DNA of 64,000 nucleotides from Vicinamibacteria bacterium (lineage in GTDB: Bacteria; Acidobacteriota; Vicinamibacteria; Fen-336), in assembly GCA_050246895.1 (NCBI GenBank), contig JBFWVE010000004.1, forward strand, positions 71,676 through 135,675. Reading direction: 5' to 3'. Of this stretch, positions 36,594 to 46,232 are shown in pieces. The notes beneath the pieces were generated by a model that worked only from the letters and a program-made list of their open reading frames with translations, made no database searches and was not told the origin of the DNA. The position numbers and the translations under genes are program-made. Every line of letters begins with the position of its first letter. The first letter of the stretch is position 1.

Positions 36594-38423
36594 TCAGTTG
36601 ATATAGCCGAGCGCCCGCAGCTCCTCGACCATGTCCCGGTCGAATGCGCTCTGCGCCGGACGCGCCGCGCGCCGCCGGCCGTAGCTCGGGACCGTGCGCA
36701 CCGGATGCGCGGCCCGGAACGCCGAGCCGAGCGCGGCTTCGAGCACGCGGCCCGTCAGCTCGTCGCTCTTCGGCAGGCCGAGCAGATGGAGGACGCTCGG
36801 CGCGATGTCCCGGGAGCCGACGCGGCCCAGGTCGGCACGGACGATCGGTCCGCCGGCCAGCACGATCAGCCCCTCCGGCGCGTGGTTCGTCCGGCGCGGC
36901 ACGCGGCCGGCGTCGGCGACCAGCACCACGACCTCCGAGGGCGCGCGGTCGGCCAGCAGCTCGCCCAGCAGGCGATCGGTCGAGCGCAGGTGGGCGCGCA
37001 CGGCCTCGAGCGCCTGGTCCAGGCTGGCGACGTCGTGCGGCGCGCTGTCTCCGAGCCGCTGCTCCTCGAGGATGTCGAGGCCGTTCAGGTAGACGGCCTC
37101 CAGGTCGGGCGGCCGCGGCTCGCGCAGCGCGCGCGCGGCGGCCGCGGAGAAGGCGTCGAGACGCAGCGCGCGCTCGCCCGCCGGGGGCAGCAGCCCGCGC
37201 AGGCGGGCGAAGGCCTCGGGCGGGTAGACCTCGCGATCGGCCGGACCACCGCGCTCCAGCTTGAAGAAGGCGCGCTCGCTGACGAGGTAGCCGTTGACGC
37301 CGTCGGCGGGCCAGGTGGCCCACCAGTTGACGATGCCGACCCGCAGCCCCTTCTCTGAAGCGACGTTCCAGAAGGTCTTGGCGCCACGCAGCACGGCGCT
37401 CGCGGGCTCGGTGCGGCCGAGGCGCAGCAGATCGGCCGCGCGCGCGAGCGAGCTCTCGAGCGCCGAGCCCTCGCTCAGCACCACCGGCGAGCTGATGCCC
37501 GCGAGTCGCCGCGCGCCCGCGGAGCGGATGCCGTGCGCCTCCGGGCCGCGCCCGGTGGCGAGGGTGGTCCAGACGATCGCCGGCACGCGCTCCGGCTCGC
37601 CGACCAGCGTGCCCCGCGCGCCCTCAGCGAGCAGGGCCGCGAGCGCCGGCAGCTCGCCGCGCGCGACCATCTGCTCGGCGAGCGCGCGCTCGAGCCCGTC
37701 GATGCCGACGACGCGCACGCGCAGGCCCGTGGGCACCACCGCGAAGTCGGGTGCCTGGGGCGTCTGGCGCTCGAGCCAGCCGGCGGCCGCGAGGCCGGCG
37801 GCGAACACCAGGGCCGCTGCGGCGACCAGCGGCAGCGCGGCGCGCCGCGACAGGGCCGCCTCCGCGACTCGGCCGCCCGAGGCCGACAGCACCGCGACGG
37901 CGGCCAGCGTGCCGAAGCGCCACAGCAGCAGCGAGACCGCGATGCCCAGCGCCGCGAAGCCGGCCTGCAGCGCGGGCGAGGCGGGGCCGAAGCCGTGCGA
38001 GCGCCACCAGAGGGCCAGATAGCCGAGGCCGGCCAGCGCCAGGCCCAGCCCCGCCAGCCGCGGCAGCTCGGCCGCGCCACGCGGCGCCGCGCGGCGCGCG
38101 AGCGTCGTGGCCAGCAGCCCGGCGAGGAACGCCAGGAGCCCGGTCGCCAGCCCCGTCGCCAGCGCCAGGTAGAGCGCCAGCACGGCGAGGTCGCGGGGCC
38201 GCGCGAAGGCGCGCGGGTCGAGCGAGGCGGCCGCGAGCGTCAGCGCCACGCCGAGCACCACACCGCCCAGCACGCCGACGCGGGTGGCCGCGGCGAGCGA
38301 GGCCCGCAGCGGCGACGGCGCCGTCGCGCCGGCCAGCACGAAGCGATCGAGGCCGCTCGCAAGGTAGCCGAGCCGCTTCAGCTCCTCGCGGACGGCCTCG
38401 ACGGAGTGGGGCGCCTGCGGCAC
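36594..38423 (-). CDS. Membrane protein with alkaline phosphatase/phosphodiesterase-superfamily domain
   Basis: VVGIDG, WTTLATG, NWWATWP, DIAPSVL, ELRALGY; N-terminal TMs. Confidence 0.75.
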   Translation of the reverse strand: MPQAPHSVEAVREELKRLGYLASGLDRFVLAGATAPSPLRASLAAATRVGVLGGVVLGVALTLAAASLDPRAFARPRDLAVLALYLALATGLATGLLAFLAGLLATTLARRAAPRGAAELPRLAGLGLALAGLGYLALWWRSHGFGPASPALQAGFAALGIAVSLLLWRFGTLAAVAVLSASGGRVAEAALSRRAALPLVAAAALVFAAGLAAAGWLERQTPQAPDFAVVPTGLRVRVVGIDGLERALAEQMVARGELPALAALLAEGARGTLVGEPERVPAIVWTTLATGRGPEAHGIRSAGARRLAGISSPVVLSEGSALESSLARAADLLRLGRTEPASAVLRGAKTFWNVASEKGLRVGIVNWWATWPADGVNGYLVSERAFFKLERGGPADREVYPPEAFARLRGLLPPAGERALRLDAFSAAAARALREPRPPDLEAVYLNGLDILEEQRLGDSAPHDVASLDQALEAVRAHLRSTDRLLGELLADRAPSEVVVLVADAGRVPRRTNHAPEGLIVLAGGPIVRADLGRVGSRDIAPSVLHLLGLPKSDELTGRVLEAALGSAFRAAHPVRTVPSYGRRRAARPAQSAFDRDMVEELRALGYIN

Positions 38424-40520
38424 CTAACGAACGTCCAGCGGCACCGCGAGCGTGGGCGAGCCGGAGCTGGCGAACCAGGCGACGCCCTCGTCCACCAGGT
38501 CGAGCAGCAGCCGGTAGCGGCCGGCTCGCGCGGGCAGGCGGAAGCGGCAGGACAGCTCCGCCGAGGCGCCCGGTTCGAGCGCCCGCGGCAGCGGACAGCG
38601 CAGGAAATCCTGCTCGACGAGCGCGCCCGCCGCGTCCAGCAGATGGGCGCCCAGCGCGACGTGGCCGTGGCGCTTCTCGGGCGCGTGGAGCCACAGCGTG
38701 TTGCCGGCGTTCCTGACGCGCAGCCGCAGCGCCGCCTCCGCCCCGGCGGCGCCGGCGAGCGGCGCGGCGGCGCCGGCGTCGAGCCGCTCGAGGCTCGCGC
38801 GCAGCACTCCAGGCGCCGTCGAGTCGGGCGTCTCGTCGGAGCCCGCCACCGGCAGAGACAGCACCGCCGAGCCCATCTGCTCGAACCAGCAGACCTGCTC
38901 GGCGACGAGGTCGAAGCGCAGCGTGTGCGCCCCCGCGCCGAGCGGGCCGGGGACGCGCGCGTCGACCTCGATCGACTCGCCGGGCGCGAGCGCCTGCGGC
39001 AGGGCGACCCGGCTGTGGTCCTGGGCCAGCGTGCGACCGCCGGCGTCGCGCAACTGCGCGCCGAGCGAGACGGCGCCGCGCTCGCCCGGAGCACCCGCGT
39101 GCCAGGCGGTGTCCCCCGTGTTCGTCAGCCGGAAGCGCGTCTCGATCGAGGAGCCCGGCCGCACCGGCGCCTCGGGCCAGGGGCCGGTGCGCTCGATCGT
39201 GGCGATGAGCCGGTGCGGGTCGCGGCTGTCGCGGTAGCCGGTGACGTCGAGCGTCACGCCGACGACCTTCGAGCCGCACTGCTCGAACCACGCCACGAAC
39301 TCGTCGACCATGTCGAGCGCGATCCGGTAGCGGCCGGGGCGCTCCGGGGTCGGGACATCGGCCTCCAGCTCGACGCTCTCGCCGGGCGCCACGTCCCGCG
39401 GCAGCGCGCCGCGCAGGAAGCCCCGTGCGACGCTGTCGCCGGCCTCGTTCGTGAGGTGGCCCCCGAGCATGACGTAGCCGCCTTCCGGCGTCTTCTCGCG
39501 CAGCCACAGCGTGTCGCCCGTGTTGCGCACCCGGACGCGCAGCGACGCGCGATCGGCGGCGCGCGCGGCGAGCCTCGGCGTCAGCGGCTCGATCTCGGCC
39601 AGCAGCGCGCGCGGGTTGCGGCTGTCCACCCGCGGCTCGCCCTTCAGGAAGATCAGCAGGTAGAAGTGGCGCAGGCTCGACTGCAGCACGTGCAGCGGGA
39701 AGACGCTCTCGTCGCCGGACACGAAGCGCTGGTAGTCCTCGGAGGACAGCGTGAGGGCGCCCGCGTCGGGGTAGGGCTTGAGCTGGACCGCGCTGAAGCC
39801 GGTGCGCAGCGCCTTCTCGGTGAGCTCGTCGAGGTGCAGGTCGTTCTCGAGGACGCCGTGAGCCTCGGTCTCGAAGACCGACTGGTCCGCGTGACTGTGG
39901 CCCTCGCCGGGCTCGGCCATCACCAGGCGCCCGCCCGGGCGCAGCACGCGGTAGAGCTCGCGCAGCACCTCGTCCTGGTTCGGCACGTGGTGGAAGGAGT
40001 CGAAGCAGATCGCGCGGTCGAGCGAGGCGTCGTCGAGCGGGATGCGGTGGCCGTCGTAGGGTACGAAACGCGGGCCGAGCTCCAGGTGGTGGCGCGCGTC
40101 GGAGCGGAACAGCTCCTCGCCCAGCCGCAGCGCCGTGGGGCTCACGTCCATCGAGATCGTGCGGCAGCGCAGGCGGTTGATCGAGGACGACAGCCAGCAG
40201 CTGCCCGAGCCGAAGTCGAGCACCGTGTGGCCCACGCCCAGGTCGAGCGCCTGCAGCACCAGACCGAGGCGATACAGGATGTCCGGCGTGTCGCGCACGG
40301 TGGAGAACGGCTTGTTCAGCACGTGCGCCCGGCCGGCCGTTTCGGCGGCGATCTTGCGCCAGTGCAGCTCCGCGTTGCGGTTGAACTCCTCGGCGCGCGC
40401 GAGCAGCTCGGCCTCGGAGTAGCTCGGGTGCTCGTGCGCGTGCGCGTCCGTCCGCACCTCGCGCACCAGCGCGCGGGCGGCGAGCCGCAGATAGCGGGCC
40501 GAGCGAGCGAGACGGCTCAC
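38424..40520 (-). CDS. SAM methyltransferase followed by three repeated Ig-like domains
   Basis: LDFGSGSCW, FDSFHH; three copies of NxGxTxW..LGxxL..LPxxxxPG..DxVxExVxWF; start uncertain. Confidence 0.75.
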   Translation of the reverse strand: MSRLARSARYLRLAARALVREVRTDAHAHEHPSYSEAELLARAEEFNRNAELHWRKIAAETAGRAHVLNKPFSTVRDTPDILYRLGLVLQALDLGVGHTVLDFGSGSCWLSSSINRLRCRTISMDVSPTALRLGEELFRSDARHHLELGPRFVPYDGHRIPLDDASLDRAICFDSFHHVPNQDEVLRELYRVLRPGGRLVMAEPGEGHSHADQSVFETEAHGVLENDLHLDELTEKALRTGFSAVQLKPYPDAGALTLSSEDYQRFVSGDESVFPLHVLQSSLRHFYLLIFLKGEPRVDSRNPRALLAEIEPLTPRLAARAADRASLRVRVRNTGDTLWLREKTPEGGYVMLGGHLTNEAGDSVARGFLRGALPRDVAPGESVELEADVPTPERPGRYRIALDMVDEFVAWFEQCGSKVVGVTLDVTGYRDSRDPHRLIATIERTGPWPEAPVRPGSSIETRFRLTNTGDTAWHAGAPGERGAVSLGAQLRDAGGRTLAQDHSRVALPQALAPGESIEVDARVPGPLGAGAHTLRFDLVAEQVCWFEQMGSAVLSLPVAGSDETPDSTAPGVLRASLERLDAGAAAPLAGAAGAEAALRLRVRNAGNTLWLHAPEKRHGHVALGAHLLDAAGALVEQDFLRCPLPRALEPGASAELSCRFRLPARAGRYRLLLDLVDEGVAWFASSGSPTLAVPLDVR

Positions 40521-40656
40521 GGACGGGCGCCCGGTCGCAGACCGGCGGGGGGGTGACGGAGGGTCGCGGGATTCACGTGGGGTCGTCGGGCCACGGGGCC
40601 CGGGCGCCGCGCATTCTATCCGCACCCTTCCTGGTCCCGGAGCCTGCCCTATAATC

Positions 40657-42156
40657 GTGAAGCACTTGCAGGTTCCGGATCGCCTCGTCTCCCTCGCCCT
40701 GCTGGTGCCGGCCGGGGTCTATCTCCTCACCCTGCTGCCGGGCGTCGGCCACACGGGCGACTCGGCCGAGCTCGCGCTCAGCGGCCACGTGCTCGGGGTG
40801 CCGCACCCGACGGGCTACCCGCTCTACGTTCTCGCGGCCCATCTGTTCGAGCGGCTGGTCCCTTCGGGCAGCGTCGCCTGGAAGGCCAACCTGCTCTCGG
40901 CCGTCTGCGCGACCCTGGCTCTCGCCGCGCTCCTGCGGCTCCAGCGCGAACTCGGCATCTGCGCTCTGGCGGCGCTCGCCGCCACGCTGGGCCTCGCCTT
41001 CTCGCCGACGTTCTGGCGGCACGCGATCGTGGCCGAGGTCTACGCACCGCACGCGCTGCTCTTCGCCGCGGCGCTGCTGCTGTTCCTGCGCTTCGAGCGC
41101 TCGGGCCGCCGCGGCGACCTGTACGCCGCCTGCGCGGTCTACGCGCTCGCCTTCGGCAACCACCTGCTGATGGCGACGCTGCTGCCGGCGATCGGCTGGC
41201 TCGTCTGGTCGCGCGACCGCGCCGCCTTCACGGATCCGCGCGCCCTGGCGGCGGTGGGCGCGATCGTGGCCGTCTGCGCCTCGCAGTACCTGTTCTTGAT
41301 CTGGCGCGGCGAGCCGGGCGGGGCGCCCTATCGCGCGGGCGAGATCGGGGGCTTCGCCGACCTCGTCGCCTTCGCGACGGGGCGGCAGTTCCAGGGCTCG
41401 ATGTTCGCGATTCCGCCGGCGCAGCTCGCCACAGCGCGGGCGCCGCTCGTGTGGGCGTGGCTGGCCGAGCTGGGTCCCTGGCTGCCGCTCGCCGCCGTGG
41501 GCGTCGCGGGCCTGGGCCGCACGCGCGCGGGGATCGTCCTGCTGCTCGCCTTCGTCGCGAACCTCGCGTTCGCCCTCGGCTACGACATCCCGGACCTCGC
41601 GCCGTACTTCATCCCGTGCTCGCTGCTGATCGCCGTCTTCGCGGGAGCGGGCCTCGATCGTCTCGCGCGCGGGGCGCTGCGCACGCCCGCGCTGGCGGGC
41701 GCCCTCGCCGTCGCGGCCGCCGCCGCCCTGTCACACGCGCCGGCCGTGATTCGCGACTCGGGGCGCGACGCCGCGCGCCGCGCGCTGCTGCTGGCGGAGG
41801 AGCTGCCGCGCGGGATCGTCGTGCTCGGCTACCACGACTACCAGTTCCTCAACTACCTGAAGCTCGCGGAAGGCCGCGCCGCGCCGGAGCTCTATCCGGC
41901 GCACCTCGTGGACGCGGCGGAGCTGGCCGCCTACGTGCGGGACGGCCGGCCGCTGTCGTTGCCGCAGCTCGGCCTGGTGGCGCCGCCGGGGCTGCCGGTC
42001 TACAGCGCCAAGCTGAACCACCGCGAGGCCTATCGCGCCGCGGGCCTGCGGCCGGAGCCCTGGAGGTGGGGTGTGCTGCGGCTCAGCGACGCCCGCAGCC
42101 CCGCCGAAGACGCGAGGCGGGAAGAGCCGGTCGGCCCGTCGGGGAGCCGACACTGA
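40657..42156 (+). CDS. DUF2723/TMEM260-like GT-C membrane glycosyltransferase
   Basis: GDSAEL, LGVPHPTGYPLY, AEVY, FGNH. Confidence 0.82.
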   Translation: MKHLQVPDRLVSLALLVPAGVYLLTLLPGVGHTGDSAELALSGHVLGVPHPTGYPLYVLAAHLFERLVPSGSVAWKANLLSAVCATLALAALLRLQRELGICALAALAATLGLAFSPTFWRHAIVAEVYAPHALLFAAALLLFLRFERSGRRGDLYAACAVYALAFGNHLLMATLLPAIGWLVWSRDRAAFTDPRALAAVGAIVAVCASQYLFLIWRGEPGGAPYRAGEIGGFADLVAFATGRQFQGSMFAIPPAQLATARAPLVWAWLAELGPWLPLAAVGVAGLGRTRAGIVLLLAFVANLAFALGYDIPDLAPYFIPCSLLIAVFAGAGLDRLARGALRTPALAGALAVAAAAALSHAPAVIRDSGRDAARRALLLAEELPRGIVVLGYHDYQFLNYLKLAEGRAAPELYPAHLVDAAELAAYVRDGRPLSLPQLGLVAPPGLPVYSAKLNHREAYRAAGLRPEPWRWGVLRLSDARSPAEDARREEPVGPSGSRH

Positions 42157-43193
42157 CTCTGGCCGGCCCCCTGCGATCCCGGCTCGCGAGCCTCGGCCTG
42201 CTCCTCGCGAGCGCCGCCGCGAGCTTCGCGGCCTTCGAGAGCTTCGGCGCCGCGCTGCTGAGACGGTCGCTCGGCGAGGACAACGTGGCGGACGTCGATC
42301 ACCGACTGAAGCCGAATGCCCGCCGCGGCATCAACGCCGACGGCATCCGCAACCCGCACGGCCCCGAGCACTACGGCGCGGACTCCTGGAACGTCGTCTT
42401 CCTCGGCGACTCCTACACCTACGGCGTCTACGTGAAGGTCGAGCAGGCTTTCCCGGCGATCGTCGGCGGCCTGCTCAACGAGGCCGGCCTGCCGCGGCCG
42501 GTGAAGGTCGCGAACTTCGGCTGGGCCTCGTCCTCGCCGCTGCTGTCGCTGCGCCTGCTGCGCGACATCGGCGCCCGCTACCGGCCGGACCTCGTGGTGC
42601 TGTGCCTCGACATGACCGACTTCCACGACGATCTGCGCTACTCGCGGCTGCTGGCGGAGCAGGGCGTGCGGCTATCGCCCAGCCGCTTCCTGTTGCGCCG
42701 CAGCGGCCTCGACCGTCCGCTCGCGCGAGCGCAGGAGAGGCTCGGTCTGCGCGGCACCGACGAGCCGCCGGCCGAGCGCTTCTTCGCGGCGCGCCAGCCG
42801 CTCCACCAGAGTCGGCCCTTCCTGCGCGAGACCGAAGAGAACATCCACGCGATCTCGGACGCGGCCGCGAAGCTGGGAGCCCAGTTCCTGCTGGTGATGC
42901 TGCCGCGGCCGTTCCAGTACAACCCGGCCGAGAGCCCCGACAACTGGGAGCGCGACCACTACGATCCCGCGAGCCCCTACGCGCACGCGCCGTTCGAGTG
43001 GCTCGCCGACTTCGACTCGCGCACGCCGTTCCCGGCGGTCTCGCTGCTCGCGGACTTCCGCGAGAGCGGGGTGTTCCCGACCGCCTTCCGGCACGACCCG
43101 CACTGGAACGAGGCCGGCCACCAGGTCGCGGCGCGCGGCGTCGCGCGACAGATCCTGCGCCTGTTGGAAGCGAAGCGGCTGAGGGTTTCCTAG
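42153..43193 (+). CDS. Membrane-anchored SGNH/GDSL hydrolase (possible CTG start)
   Basis: FLGDSYTYG, DPHWNEAGH; N-terminal TM; start uncertain. Confidence 0.75.
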   Translation: MTLAGPLRSRLASLGLLLASAAASFAAFESFGAALLRRSLGEDNVADVDHRLKPNARRGINADGIRNPHGPEHYGADSWNVVFLGDSYTYGVYVKVEQAFPAIVGGLLNEAGLPRPVKVANFGWASSSPLLSLRLLRDIGARYRPDLVVLCLDMTDFHDDLRYSRLLAEQGVRLSPSRFLLRRSGLDRPLARAQERLGLRGTDEPPAERFFAARQPLHQSRPFLRETEENIHAISDAAAKLGAQFLLVMLPRPFQYNPAESPDNWERDHYDPASPYAHAPFEWLADFDSRTPFPAVSLLADFRESGVFPTAFRHDPHWNEAGHQVAARGVARQILRLLEAKRLRVS

Positions 43194-43212
43194 GCTGCGC
43201 CTGCCGCGGCGG

Positions 43213-44709
43213 CTAGTTGCGGCAGCTCGCCCCGCGACAGCTCCCGAGCTGATCGACGCGGGCCTTCAGTTGCGCCTTGCGCGCCGCGTCGAGCCCGCCG
43301 TGCCGGCTGTTCATCTGGTCCGGGTCGTTGACGAGGTCGTAGTACTCCTGCTCCGCCTGCGAGGAGTAGTCCACGAAGATGGACTCGGACGTGCGGACGC
43401 CCTTGAAGGAGGGCAGGCCCTCCGAGTCGCTCGTCTCGTGCTCGACCAGGACGTCCCTGCGCCAGCTCGTGAGCGGCGTCGGCGCCCCGCTCAGCAGCGG
43501 CTTCAACGAGCGGCCGTCCGCGGACGCCGGCACGCTGGCACCGGCGATCTCGGCGAAGGTCGGGACGAGATCGATGTTGAGCACGGCGTGCGGAAGGCGC
43601 GAGCCCGCGGGGATCCCCGGCCCGCGCACCACGAACGGCACCCGGATCGACTCCTCGTAGGGCGCCGCCTTGCCGTTCGGGAAGCGGTGCTGGCCGAGCA
43701 GGAAGCCGTTGTCCGAGGTGAACACGATGTAGGTGTTCTCGAGCTGGCCGAGCGAGGCGAGCGTCGTGACGATCTGCTCGATGCCGTCGTCCACCGCCAG
43801 CATGGTGTCGAGCCTCGCCCTGTAGAGCGCGTCGATGTCCCTGATCTGGGCGCTCGTCAGCAGCGGGTGGTTCTCCTGGTACCAGCGCGGCTTGTCGGTG
43901 AGGTCCTCCTCGTTGAAGGAGCCTCCCTTCGGAGCGAAGCGGTCGGCGTGCGCCTGGTCGTGGCGCGGCGCCGGCTGCGCGGGATTGTGCGGCGCGTTCG
44001 GCGCGTACCAGAGGAAGAACGGCTTGTCCGCCGGTGTCGAGCGGATGAAGTCCGTCGCCTTCGCGTTCAGCACGTCGGTCAGGTAGTCCGCCTCGCGCCT
44101 GCCGTAGGTCGTGACCTGCTTGTTCTGGTTGATCGAATAGTCGAAGTAGGCGTCCGAGGTGCGGTCCTGGGCGAAGACGGCGACCCAGTCGTCCCAGCCG
44201 GGCGGAACGTAGGTGTCGTCCGCCGTCGGCAGCAGGCCGGGGTAGCGGTTCAGGTACTTGCCCACGAGGCCCGTGCGGTAGCCCGCGCCCTGCATCACCA
44301 GCGCGACGCTCTGTGCCTCGAAGCCGGCGTCGCGGAACTCCTCGAAGCAGCTGATCGAACGGCCGTTGCTCCACACGTTGTGGTTGTGCGCGTACAGGCC
44401 CGTCAGCATCGAGGCGCGCGAGGGGCAGCAGATCGGGGTGGTCACGAAGGAGTTCTCGAAGCTCATCCCGAGCGCCACCAGGTGCGCCTGCAGCTTCGGC
44501 ATGCCGGCGATCGCGGCGGCGTCCAGATCGTCGGTCACGATGAAGACGACGTTCGGCTTGCCCGCCGTGCCGGAGGAGGCGCGGGCACTGCCGTCTCCCG
44601 AAGCCGCAGGCCCGGTCGTCGCCGCCGGCGCCGGGGCGTCCGGCGGGGCGGCGCACGCGCCGAGCGCCGAGGCGGCGGCCATCGAGACGACCCGGCGTGC
44701 GAGCTTCAT
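43213..44709 (-). CDS. Lipoprotein sulfatase (formylglycine type, GlcNAc-6-sulfatase-like)
   Basis: IVTDD, CCPSRASMLTG, GKYLN, FTSDNG; lipobox LGAC. Confidence 0.9.
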   Translation of the reverse strand: MKLARRVVSMAAASALGACAAPPDAPAPAATTGPAASGDGSARASSGTAGKPNVVFIVTDDLDAAAIAGMPKLQAHLVALGMSFENSFVTTPICCPSRASMLTGLYAHNHNVWSNGRSISCFEEFRDAGFEAQSVALVMQGAGYRTGLVGKYLNRYPGLLPTADDTYVPPGWDDWVAVFAQDRTSDAYFDYSINQNKQVTTYGRREADYLTDVLNAKATDFIRSTPADKPFFLWYAPNAPHNPAQPAPRHDQAHADRFAPKGGSFNEEDLTDKPRWYQENHPLLTSAQIRDIDALYRARLDTMLAVDDGIEQIVTTLASLGQLENTYIVFTSDNGFLLGQHRFPNGKAAPYEESIRVPFVVRGPGIPAGSRLPHAVLNIDLVPTFAEIAGASVPASADGRSLKPLLSGAPTPLTSWRRDVLVEHETSDSEGLPSFKGVRTSESIFVDYSSQAEQEYYDLVNDPDQMNSRHGGLDAARKAQLKARVDQLGSCRGASCRN

Positions 44710-44835
44710 GACGATCCCCTTCTCCCGTGTGGACGCTCGAAAGGAATCGAGGTTAGCAGGGCCGGGCTCGGCTGCCTAGGCCCCGCGGGTAGACCGGGCG
44801 ACGGCGTCCCGAGAGAGGCCGGCCAGCAAGCGCCG

Positions 44836-46200
44836 TCAGTTCTTGCGATGGCGGTAGATCAGCGAGACGAAGAAGCGTTGCGAGCGCAGCTTGGAGTGGT
44901 TCGGATCCGGCGGAGGCAGCTCCGGATCGAGGATCTCCGCAGCTTCGAGGTAGGAGCCGGATTGATAGACGTACGCGACATCGATCAGCATCCGGCCGAA
45001 GATCAGCCCCGTGCCCACGGTGAAGCCGTGCAGGGTCGGCGTCTCGTCGTTCAGCACGCGGAAGAGCTGGCGGTCGATGAAGTAGCCGGCCCGCAGCGGC
45101 CACTTGATACGGGTCTTCAGCACCACGTACTCGGCGCCGACGCGGATCTGCTCGGTGTCGGACTGGGGCGCGCCCAGGTTCGGGTACGTGAGCACCGGAA
45201 ACACGTGATCGGGAGGCGCCGGCTCTCCCGTCGGCGGCAGCGTGAAGTAGTTGTCGATCCTGCCCTTCGACCACTGCGTGAGCGTGTAGTCCGCCGACAC
45301 CGTCAGCGGGCTCGTGGGGCGCCAGGAGGCGCCCACGCCGAAGGCCGCCGGGAAGTCGATCGACACGTCGCCGCTGCTGTAGGCGTTCGTGGTGACCGGA
45401 TTGACGAGGTCGAGCCGCTCGCGGCTGAGGCCGATGCGGGCCGTGAAGCCGGACTTGTAGACGGCGCCCAGGTTGACCGGCTCGACGGGCGACCAGATCG
45501 CCCCGAGGTTCACGTTCCAGCCCGAGAAGCCGAAGTCGGTCGTCTGAATCGTGGGACGTTGGGTGGCCGAGCGGCTGAGCCGCTGGTCCCAGCCGTTGAA
45601 CCAGCGGTTCACCGCGAAGCCTGCGCGCAGGGAGCGCGTCAGCTGCAGCCCGCTGCCGAGCGCGATCACGTCGAAGCCGCCGCTCGAGCTGATCTTGGAA
45701 ATGCTGCTCGCCTGCTCGATCGTGCGGTCCGCGTCGAACGAGATCACCCGCTGGAAACTGAGCTGGACCGCCCCGGTGACCGAGCCGAGGCTGATCGGGT
45801 AGGTGCCGGCGGCGAAGTCCGGCGCCCCGCCCGAGCGGCGGTCCTCGAGGATCAGCTGCCCGTCCGCGTTGCGCGTGTTCTCGTCGAGCTTGCTCCAGGC
45901 CCCGACGATCGACAGCTCGGGTGTGCGCAGGTAGGAGAGGCCGGCCGGGTTCCACGAGGCCGCGGTCGCGTCGTCGGGCCGCGCCAGGAAGGCACCGCCC
46001 ATGCCGTAGGCTCGCGCACCCGACCCCTGCACGACGCTCGAGCGGGCCTTGAAGTCGAGCCGGTCCTGGGGCAGCGGCGTCGGCTGAACGTCCGGCGTCT
46101 GGTTGGAGGCCGCGGGGGGCGGCTGCTGTGGGAAGGCCGCGCCGGCGAGCGCGCCCAAGCCGCACGTCGCCGCGATCAGGAAGGGGACTCCGTGTCGCAA
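44836..46200 (-). CDS. FadL/TodX-like outer-membrane barrel
   Basis: GARAYGMGGAFLARPDDATAASWNPAGL; probable TTG start. Confidence 0.75.
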   Translation of the reverse strand: MRHGVPFLIAATCGLGALAGAAFPQQPPPAASNQTPDVQPTPLPQDRLDFKARSSVVQGSGARAYGMGGAFLARPDDATAASWNPAGLSYLRTPELSIVGAWSKLDENTRNADGQLILEDRRSGGAPDFAAGTYPISLGSVTGAVQLSFQRVISFDADRTIEQASSISKISSSGGFDVIALGSGLQLTRSLRAGFAVNRWFNGWDQRLSRSATQRPTIQTTDFGFSGWNVNLGAIWSPVEPVNLGAVYKSGFTARIGLSRERLDLVNPVTTNAYSSGDVSIDFPAAFGVGASWRPTSPLTVSADYTLTQWSKGRIDNYFTLPPTGEPAPPDHVFPVLTYPNLGAPQSDTEQIRVGAEYVVLKTRIKWPLRAGYFIDRQLFRVLNDETPTLHGFTVGTGLIFGRMLIDVAYVYQSGSYLEAAEILDPELPPPDPNHSKLRSQRFFVSLIYRHRKN

Positions 46201-46232
46201 GCTCGCCTTGCGGCGGAGCTTACCACGGGGGT

